Shown: positions 42,175-48,519 of the stretch, one piece after another
How positions within the stretch are numbered: the first letter of the stretch is position 1
Layout: each line of letters starts with the position of its first letter
Source: Chloroflexia bacterium
Lineage (GTDB): Bacteria > Chloroflexota > Chloroflexia > QHBQ01 > JADMIH01
Direction: 5' to 3'
Assembly (NCBI GenBank): GCA_038324555.1
Contig: JBBQIC010000001.1
Coordinates: forward strand, 1 to 49,778
Length of the DNA: 49,778 bases
Translations under genes and position numbers: made by a program
Notes under the pieces: model-generated
The model's database searches: none
What the model saw: the letters and a program-made list of their open reading frames with translations, nothing else
What the model was told of the DNA's origin: nothing

Positions 42175-42951
42175 ATGTGTTCGCGCATGATTAACAGCCC
42201 TATGAAGTCTAAGGTCCAGGGTCGAGGGTTAGAACGTTGGACTTTCGACTTTAGACTTCGGACACGCTTCAGGCACGCCATCAAGTGGGGCTACTCGCTG
42301 CGATGGAGGGCGCTGCCGCCGGATTACAACAGGACTTACTGGCTCAAATCCAATGGCTTCGAGATAACAGTTCTGCCGTCGGTCTTCCACCCGAAGTGGC
42401 ACTTTACGAGCGAATTCTTCGCGGAAACGTGCGTATCGCTCATCCCAAGGCACGGTGATTGCAGCGTGTTGGAGATCGGCACGGGCACCGGATTGATAGC
42501 CCTTTCGGCAGCACGGCGCGCAAAGAGGGTCGTGGCAGTTGACATCAACCCAGCAGCCGTGAAGTGCGCCAGGATAAACGCGACCAACAATGGCATGGCA
42601 AGTAAGATTGAAGTATACGAGGGAGATATGTTCGGTCCTGTAACGGATCGCAAATTCGACCTCATCCTGTGCAACCCGCCCTACTTCCGGGGCACACCAC
42701 GCTCCGAGGCAGACCTGGCGTACCTGGCCGGGCCAAACCTGGAGTGGATAAGCCGCATGGCAAGCGAAGCGCACAACTATCTTTCCGATGGCGGTTCTCT
42801 CGCCTGCGTGTTCGGCGATGCAGCCAATGTTCCCGCCCTCGTCGCGCTCATAGAGAAGAAGGGCTGGACGGGCCGCATCATCGCAAAGCGGGCTACCCCG
42901 TTGGAGGAGTTGACAGTTTGGCAATTCAAGGAGGGTGAGGGAATAGGGTGA
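42175..42951 (+). CDS. Class I SAM methyltransferase with NPPY motif (HemK/Mtq2-like small-domain type)
   Basis: VLEIGTGTGLIAL, VVAVDIN, DLILCNPPY. The start is uncertain (in-frame ATGs at 42175, 42187 and 42202). The N-terminal ~30 aa overlap a hairpin element. Confidence 0.8.
   Translation: MCSRMINSPMKSKVQGRGLERWTFDFRLRTRFRHAIKWGYSLRWRALPPDYNRTYWLKSNGFEITVLPSVFHPKWHFTSEFFAETCVSLIPRHGDCSVLEIGTGTGLIALSAARRAKRVVAVDINPAAVKCARINATNNGMASKIEVYEGDMFGPVTDRKFDLILCNPPYFRGTPRSEADLAYLAGPNLEWISRMASEAHNYLSDGGSLACVFGDAANVPALVALIEKKGWTGRIIAKRATPLEELTVWQFKEGEGIG
42204..42259. repeat. Degenerate gtccaaa-family hairpin at the methyltransferase 5' end
   Basis: gaagtctaaggtccagggtcgag...ttggactttcgactttagacttc. 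The arms are imperfect. Confidence 0.6.
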
Positions 42952-43062
42952 GGGAGTAGGGGCACACGGCCGTGCGCCCCTACGGGTGTCCCGTGACGTT
43001 GGGTAGGGGCGCACGGCCGTGTGCCCCTACTCCCTCACCCTATTCCCTCACCCTACTCCCTA
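42931..43062. repeat. Composite palindrome-of-palindromes (agggtgagggaat arms, each carrying a gtaggggc.cacggccgtg.gcccctac palindrome)
   Basis: gagggtgagggaatagggtgagggagtaggggcacacggccgtgcgcccctac, about 20 nt, then gtaggggcgcacggccgtgtgcccctactccctcaccctattccctcaccctactcccta. Confidence 0.9.
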
Positions 43063-43072
43063 TAAGAAAAGC

Positions 43073-44536
43073 ATGATACTACTATATAACCCAAGAGCTA
43101 CCGAGATCAAATACCGTCTACCGCTGTCGGTGTTGTCATTGGCCGCTGTCTTCGACGGTAAGTACCCATGGCAGATTGTTGACGGCAACGTGGACCCCAA
43201 CGCAAATCAAACTCTGCTCGATGTACTGGAGCGAGACCGCAGCATAAAATATCTGCTGGTGACGGTCATGCCCGGTCCACAGTTGATGCACGCCGTACCC
43301 GATACGCGCGCTGTGAAAGCGCGTTTCCCGCACGTTACGGTCATCTGGGGCGGCTATTTCCCGTCGTCTCACCCCAATGTCGTGCTGAACGACCCCGCGA
43401 TAGACTACGTTGTGCGCTCGCAGGGGGAAAACACGATCCTGGGACTGCTGGACGTGCTCGAAAATGGCGGCTCGCTGGCGGGGATAGACGGCATCTCCTA
43501 TAAAGAGGACGGCGCGATAAAGTTCAACAAAGCGCGCAAGCTGGCCGACCCCAACGTATTCCCGGTGTTGCCTTACGAGAAGATAGACGTCAGGAAATAC
43601 TTAAAGAACACGATCCTGGGCAGCAAGACCACCTCATACCATTCGAGCATCGGCTGTCCGTTCACATGCTCATTCTGCTCGGTCACGAAGAATTACGCGG
43701 GGCGATGGCTGGCAGAGACGCCTGAGCGCACCATCGAGAGCGTGCGCCTGCTGCACGATAGATATGGCGTGAACGGCATCGAGTTCCACGACAGCAACTT
43801 CTTCACCGCTGAGAAGCGCGTCGCGGCCTTTGCCGAGGGTGTGAACGGCCTGGGCATCGGTTGGTGGGGCGAGGGCACGATTGATACCATCATGCGCTAC
43901 GACGACAGCACCTGGGACCTCATGCGCGACTCCGGCTGCAAGATGATCTTCATGGGCGCGGAGAACGCCTCGGCTACCACGCTCAAGCACATGAACAAAG
44001 GCCCTCTTACGCCCGAAACGACGCTGGCGATGACCGAGAAGTCGGCGCGCTACGGCATCATCCCGGAGTTCTCGTTCGTACTGGGCAACCCCCCCGATCC
44101 CGAAGCCGACATAGACGAAAATATCGAGTTCATCTACAAAATCAAGAGCATCAACCCGGCCTCGGAGATAATCCTGTATCTTTACACGCCAACGCCCGGC
44201 GGCCACATGTACGAGGAGGCAGAGCGCGCGGGTTTTAAGTACCCTGACACGCTCGACGGCTGGATCAGCCCCGAATGGGCCAGTTTCTCCCGCCGCCGCA
44301 ACCCGCACACGCCCTGGGTAAAGCAATCGCACCTAGACAAGCTGAACAACTTCGAGACGGTCCTCAACGCCCGCTACCCGACCGTTTCCGACCTGAAGAT
44401 TCGCCCCTGGCACCGCAAGGCGCTCAAATCGCTGGGAAGCTGGCGCTACAGGCTGCGCGTATACGACAACCCCGTGGAGTTGAGGGCGATGTTCAAGTAC
44501 ATTTCGTACACGCAGCCTGAGCAGGCGGGGTTATAA
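43073..44536 (+). CDS. B12-binding-domain radical SAM enzyme (class B)
   Basis: Rossmann-like N-domain, then the CxxxCxxC cluster SSIGCPFTCSFCSV. ATG 43073 (MILLYNPRA) follows the composite palindrome. Confidence 0.85.
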   Translation: MILLYNPRATEIKYRLPLSVLSLAAVFDGKYPWQIVDGNVDPNANQTLLDVLERDRSIKYLLVTVMPGPQLMHAVPDTRAVKARFPHVTVIWGGYFPSSHPNVVLNDPAIDYVVRSQGENTILGLLDVLENGGSLAGIDGISYKEDGAIKFNKARKLADPNVFPVLPYEKIDVRKYLKNTILGSKTTSYHSSIGCPFTCSFCSVTKNYAGRWLAETPERTIESVRLLHDRYGVNGIEFHDSNFFTAEKRVAAFAEGVNGLGIGWWGEGTIDTIMRYDDSTWDLMRDSGCKMIFMGAENASATTLKHMNKGPLTPETTLAMTEKSARYGIIPEFSFVLGNPPDPEADIDENIEFIYKIKSINPASEIILYLYTPTPGGHMYEEAERAGFKYPDTLDGWISPEWASFSRRRNPHTPWVKQSHLDKLNNFETVLNARYPTVSDLKIRPWHRKALKSLGSWRYRLRVYDNPVELRAMFKYISYTQPEQAGL

Positions 44537-44580
44537 AATCACAAACAAAAATCACTCCGTGATTTTTGTTTGTGATTTTA
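44534..44580 (+). terminator. Perfect 22-bp AT-rich stem hairpin after the radical SAM gene
   Basis: taaaatcacaaacaaaaatcac-tcc-gtgatttttgtttgtgatttta. The TAA stop is the first 3 nt of the stem. Confidence 0.5.
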
Positions 44581-44586
44581 GGTGAA

Positions 44587-44650
44587 ATGAACCTAGCCCT
44601 CGTCATCCCAGGCTTCCAGGCCAACGAACGCGACTGGTGCATCCCCGCCT
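44587..44650 (+). pseudogene. Duplicated 5' fragment (first ~21 codons) of the GT4 glycosyltransferase gene
   Basis: 60 of 64 nt are identical to 45445-45508 (MNLALVIPGFQANERDWCIPA vs MKLALVIPGFQANERDWCIPA). Confidence 0.8.
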
Positions 44651-44657
44651 ATGAATC

Positions 44658-44666
44658 TGCTATAAT
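44658..44666 (+). promoter_or_regulatory. Extended -10 element (TGcTATAAT) for the second TA cassette
   Basis: tgctataat lies immediately after the duplicated GT4 fragment, 57 nt upstream of the antitoxin ATG. Confidence 0.4.
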
Positions 44667-44722
44667 GTGCCTACGTCAGTGTATACAAACGTGTAAGCAC
44701 GCAAAGAGGAGCTACAGCACAC

Positions 44723-44977
44723 ATGAGAACGGTAGGCGTCAGGGAACTCAAACAACGCACAAGCGAGATACTGCGCGAGGTCCAGGCGGGCCAAGTCGTT
44801 GATGTGACCAATCGGGGAACGACAGTAGCACGCCTGGTACCTGTTCGGCAATCGGTGTTGAGTGACGAAGAGATAGAGGTAATACTGGACGATCTTGATA
44901 GCCTGGCCGCCGAGATAAGCGCCAAGTGGCCTCAAGGTTTGAGCGTCGAAGACGTCATGGACGACATTAGGCGATAG
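44723..44977 (+). CDS. Type II antitoxin, Phd/YefM family
   Basis: MRTVGVRELKQRTSEILREVQAGQVVDVTNRGTTVARLVPV is the canonical Phd/YefM N-terminus. Precedes a PIN gene by 7 nt. Confidence 0.85.
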   Translation: MRTVGVRELKQRTSEILREVQAGQVVDVTNRGTTVARLVPVRQSVLSDEEIEVILDDLDSLAAEISAKWPQGLSVEDVMDDIRR

Positions 44978-44984
44978 CCTTAGT

Positions 44985-45440
44985 ATGGTGCAACAAGTAC
45001 AGATCGCTACGACAGGCACGGGGCAGCACGTAGTTCTCGACGCAAGCGTTTGGGTTAGCCGTACCATCACCAAAGATAGCAACCACCTCCCTGCTCGCGC
45101 ATGGATAACCAGGCACTTCCAAACACGCGGCACTATTGTAGCGCCAACACTATTCGAGATAGAGATAGCCGCAGCCATTTCCAGGGTAACAAAAGACCAA
45201 CAACTCGCACACAAGGAGGTCGCTCAATTGCACCGCCTGAACGCTCGGGGCATCCTACGCTTAATAACCGCAGACACGAAAGTCATACAAGGCGCGACGA
45301 CTATTGCTATCGGTTACGGGTTGAGGGCCGGAGATGCGATTTATGCGGCACTGGCCCAACAGCTAGGAATCGCCCTCGTCACGTTCGACACAGAATTGCT
45401 GAACCTGCCTGCAACAGTCATCACGACAATCCGACCTTGA
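44985..45440 (+). CDS. vapC: PIN-domain toxin, VapC family
   Basis: VVLDASVWV (first Asp), EIEIAAAI, GDAIYAALAQQLGIALVTFD. Confidence 0.8.
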   Translation: MVQQVQIATTGTGQHVVLDASVWVSRTITKDSNHLPARAWITRHFQTRGTIVAPTLFEIEIAAAISRVTKDQQLAHKEVAQLHRLNARGILRLITADTKVIQGATTIAIGYGLRAGDAIYAALAQQLGIALVTFDTELLNLPATVITTIRP

Positions 45441-45444
45441 CGTT

Positions 45445-46617
45445 ATGAAGCTGGCCCTCGTCATCCCAGGCTTTCAGGCCAACGAACGCGACTGGTGCAT
45501 ACCCGCCTTCACCAACCTCGCCCGCGAACTTGCCAAGAGCGTTGAGTTGCACATATTCGCCCTCCGGTATCCTGGCGAGAAGCGCGATTATAAGATAGGG
45601 CAAGTGTACGTCCATGCTATCGGTGCGGGCGCGTTTGCGGGGCGGCGTGTCGTCGGCGCAAGCCTGTTGAAGTTGTGGGGGGATGCACTTTTAGCGATTG
45701 AGGGAGAACACGCCAGAGCCAACTTTGAGGCGATAATGGGCGTGTGGGCTACGGAGTCTGGGTGGCTTGCGACCGTCGCGGCAAAGCGGCTTGGATTGCC
45801 GTCCCTGGTCCACCTTGCGGGAGGAGAGCTTACCTGGTTGCCCGACATAAAGTACGGCAGCAGGGGACGCGGCCTTGCGCGGTCGCTCGTTCGCCATTGC
45901 CTTAGAAATGCCGACATACTGACTGTGCCTTCAGGCCCCATGAAGCGAGCAATCCTGAAAAATCCAGGTGTGCAACTGAGCAAGATCAGATCGTGGGCGC
46001 TGGGTGTGGATACCATAATGTTCAGGCCATGCGAGCGACTGCGTGTGCAAGCGCGGACGGACCCATTCACGTTCGTCACGGTCGGCTCACTCATCCCCAT
46101 AAAAGGGCATCGCTGGTTGATTGAGGGCGTGAAGGGGTTAGCCCAGACCGTAACGGACAAACCCTTTCGCCTGAACATTATTGGCGACGGCCCTCTCCGA
46201 CATGAATTGCAAGCTTTGGTAAGTAGTTTGCAGCTACAGGGATATGTCAACTTCGGGGGCGAGATCAGGCACGATGATCTGCCCCATCATATGCTTATGG
46301 GGGATTGTTTCTTGCTAGGGTCAAGGCACGAAGCGCAGTGCATGGCCGCGCTCGAAGCGATGGCTTGCGGCCTGCCCTGGATCGCCCCACAGGTAGGCGC
46401 ATTGGCCGATTGCGCTATGAATGGACAGCCTTCGGGTATTCCAATAAAGGAGAGACACACCCAGGCGCTCGTTGAAGCTATGGCGACCATGCTTCATGCG
46501 ACACCAGAGCAGAGAAAGACCTGGGGTGTCGAAGCTAGAGGCCAGGCGCTCGATAATTACGAGGTGACGAAGCAGACAGCACAGCTATTGGCCTTTTTGA
46601 AGGAGTTGACGGCATAA
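45445..46617 (+). CDS. GT4-family (GT-B) glycosyltransferase
   Basis: E-x7-E motif region GSRHEAQCMAALEAMACGLPWIAPQVG. N-terminal MKLALVIPGF is typical of GT4. Confidence 0.85.
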   Translation: MKLALVIPGFQANERDWCIPAFTNLARELAKSVELHIFALRYPGEKRDYKIGQVYVHAIGAGAFAGRRVVGASLLKLWGDALLAIEGEHARANFEAIMGVWATESGWLATVAAKRLGLPSLVHLAGGELTWLPDIKYGSRGRGLARSLVRHCLRNADILTVPSGPMKRAILKNPGVQLSKIRSWALGVDTIMFRPCERLRVQARTDPFTFVTVGSLIPIKGHRWLIEGVKGLAQTVTDKPFRLNIIGDGPLRHELQALVSSLQLQGYVNFGGEIRHDDLPHHMLMGDCFLLGSRHEAQCMAALEAMACGLPWIAPQVGALADCAMNGQPSGIPIKERHTQALVEAMATMLHATPEQRKTWGVEARGQALDNYEVTKQTAQLLAFLKELTA

Positions 46618-46683
46618 AGGATAGGCTGCTAGAATGTTATGGGTTAAGTACACGTAACCCAGGCGCGTATATGTCCGTAGGGG

Positions 46684-46838
46684 CCATTGACTCCGCCCGG
46701 CGGCTAAAGCCACAGGCTACGAATACAAAGCCTCCTTTCGGAGGCTCCTTATGCAGAGAAAAGGTTCACCCCTGCCAGCCCGCGTAGGCGGGCTTTGTAT
46801 TCGTAGCCCGTGGCTTTAGCCGCCGGGCGGAGTCAATG
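46684..46838. mobile_element. MITE-like element with ~48-bp terminal inverted repeats
   Basis: ccattgactccgcccggcggctaaagccacaggctacgaatacaaagcc pairs with ggctttgtattcgtagcccgtggctttagccgccgggcggagtcaatg with 1-2 mismatches. Small inner hairpins are gcctcc-tttc-ggaggc and agcccgc-gtag-gcgggct. Confidence 0.7.
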
Positions 46839-46865
46839 ACCCCGTGCCTGACCATAAGATACACT

Positions 46866-48455
46866 ATGACCAAAGTCTTACTCGGCCAATCTTACTACCT
46901 GCGCTTCGACCCCAAATTGTGGGAGGCCATGCAGCCCTACCCGCCGCTTGGGACGCTTTACGCCGCCTCATATATACGTGAACGCGGGTACGATGTTCGC
47001 CTGTTCGACTCTATGCTGGCGGCGTCCGAAGACGAATGGGTTAGCGCGCTCGACTTGCACAAACCGGACTTCGCGGTCATCTACGAAGACGGTTTCAATT
47101 ACCTCTCCAAGATGTGCCTCACCAGAATGCGTGAAGCAGCGTTCAAGATGGCCGAAGCCGCCAAAGAGCGCGATTGCACGGTGCTTGTGTCGGGCTCCGA
47201 CGCCACCGACCACAAGGAGAGGTACTTCGCGCACGGCGTTGACGCAATTATCGTGGGAGAAGGGGAAGTGACGCTCGCACAGACGCTGGACACGCTCACA
47301 GGTAAGGAGGGCAGGCACGGGGGCAACGAGGGCAGGCACGGGGATCTGCCCCCACTGGACCGCAAGAGCATACCCGGCCTGGCCTGGCCCGACGCGCCCA
47401 ATCCTACGCCGCGCGGCTTTATGAAGGGGCTTGACACACTGCCCTTCCCAGCGTGGGACCTGGTAGACATTGAACGCTATAAGAAAATATGGCTGGAGCG
47501 CCACGGTTACTACTCAATGAATATGGTCACCACGCGCGGCTGCCCGTACCACTGCAACTGGTGCGCCAAGCCCATCTACGGCCAGCGTTACAACGTGCGC
47601 TCACCCGAAAACGCGGCTGCCGAGATGCGGTGGTTGAAAGAACACTACGCGCCCGACCACATCTGGTTCGCCGATGACATACTCGGCCTCAAACCCGGCT
47701 GGCTGGAACGCCTCGCAGCAGAAGTAGAACGGCTCGACGCGGTGACACCCTTCAAGTGCCTGCTTAGAGTTGACCTCATCAACCCCGGCGTGCCTGAAGC
47801 CCTCAAACGGGCGGGCTGCGACATAGTGTGGGTGGGCGCGGAATCCGGCTCCCAGAAGATACTGGACGCGATGGACAAAGGCACTCGCGTCGAACAGATA
47901 TACGATGCCGCTCGTAAGCTGCACGCGGCGGGCGTCAAGATAGCTTTCTTCCTGCAATTCGGCTATCCGGGCGAGGAGCACGCCGACATAGAGGCCACGC
48001 TCCGCATGGTGCGCGAGTGCGAACCGGACGACATAGGAATGTCCGTGTCCTACCCACTGCCCGGCACGAAGTTTTACGAGAGCGTCAAAGTGCAACTGGG
48101 CGAGAAGCAGAACTGGCTCGACAGCGCCGACCTCGAGATGATGTACCAGGGCGAATATTCAACAGCGTTCTACCGCAAACTGCATGTAGTTCTACACAAA
48201 GAGTACCGCGCCCGCAAGATCTGGCGAGAGTTACGCATCGGATTGCGGAATAGGAGGCTGCAAAAATCCGCAATCCGCAATCCGCAATCCGCAATCTGGA
48301 GGACCGCCGCTTCCATGCTCTACAACATGACAACACTGCCTATAGAGCGCCGGAAGTTGAACAAGTTGGCCCGCGAATCTAAGCACGGCATCGGCCCGCT
48401 CCCGCGCATTATGACGCCGGAAGCCGCCGCTACACCAACGTCACAGGTGGAGTGA
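46866..48455 (+). CDS. B12-binding-domain radical SAM enzyme (class B)
   Basis: ATG 46866 (MTKVLLGQSYYLRFDPK), TTRGCPYHCNWCAKP, VGAESGSQKILD. Two in-frame element insertions. Confidence 0.85.
   Translation: MTKVLLGQSYYLRFDPKLWEAMQPYPPLGTLYAASYIRERGYDVRLFDSMLAASEDEWVSALDLHKPDFAVIYEDGFNYLSKMCLTRMREAAFKMAEAAKERDCTVLVSGSDATDHKERYFAHGVDAIIVGEGEVTLAQTLDTLTGKEGRHGGNEGRHGDLPPLDRKSIPGLAWPDAPNPTPRGFMKGLDTLPFPAWDLVDIERYKKIWLERHGYYSMNMVTTRGCPYHCNWCAKPIYGQRYNVRSPENAAAEMRWLKEHYAPDHIWFADDILGLKPGWLERLAAEVERLDAVTPFKCLLRVDLINPGVPEALKRAGCDIVWVGAESGSQKILDAMDKGTRVEQIYDAARKLHAAGVKIAFFLQFGYPGEEHADIEATLRMVRECEPDDIGMSVSYPLPGTKFYESVKVQLGEKQNWLDSADLEMMYQGEYSTAFYRKLHVVLHKEYRARKIWRELRIGLRNRRLQKSAIRNPQSAIWRTAASMLYNMTTLPIERRKLNKLARESKHGIGPLPRIMTPEAAATPTSQVE
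47307..47353. repeat. Direct duplication gagggcaggcacgggg x2, in frame in radical SAM 2
   Basis: Units at 47307-47323 and 47328-47343 share agggcaggcacggggg with the 14485 inverted-repeat arm. Encodes EGRHGGNEGRHG. Confidence 0.8.
48239..48296. repeat. gcaatcc-family hairpin, in frame in radical SAM 2
   Basis: cggattgcggaat...(atccgca) x4.5. Encodes IGLRNRRLQKSAIRNPQSAI. Confidence 0.85.
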
Positions 48456-48457
48456 TG

Positions 48458-48507
48458 GACGTGAAACGTGAAACGTGATTATCGTGTTCACGTTTCACGT
48501 TTCACGC
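48458..48507. repeat. gtgaaac-family hairpin between radical SAM 2 and 3
   Basis: gacgtgaaacgtgaaacgtga-ttatcgtgt-tcacgtttcacgtttcacgc. The loop is homologous to the reverse complement of the 2917-2928 loop. Confidence 0.9.
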
Positions 48508-48519
48508 ATCAGAATTACT

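Noticed and set aside
42171-42176. tataat at 42171-42176 as a promoter for the NPPY methyltransferase
   Set aside because: There is no acceptable -35, and the first in-frame ATG (42175) overlaps the hexamer. It is too ambiguous to call and only adds uncertainty about the start codon.
42229-43014. 261-aa minus-strand ORF opposite the NPPY methyltransferase. Similar long antisense ORFs occur at 43670-44332, 45588-46250, 46968-47504, 17756-18334 and 21379-22062.
   Set aside because: The opposite strands carry unambiguous family motifs (SAM-MTase, radical SAM CxxxCxxC, GT4 E-x7-E, MgsA, YceD). High GC content generates long spurious antisense ORFs.
44566-44802. 78-aa ORF (MFVILGEMNLALVIPGFQANERDWCIPAYES…) as a real small gene
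   Set aside because: Its conserved part is only the duplicated 5' fragment of the GT4 gene. After codon ~29 it diverges into the TA promoter region, so I treat it as a pseudogene fragment.
2871-48507. Whether the short tandem arrays could be CRISPR arrays
   Set aside because: The units are 7-13 nt with no spacers. The arrays are palindromic as a whole, and there are no cas genes in the window.
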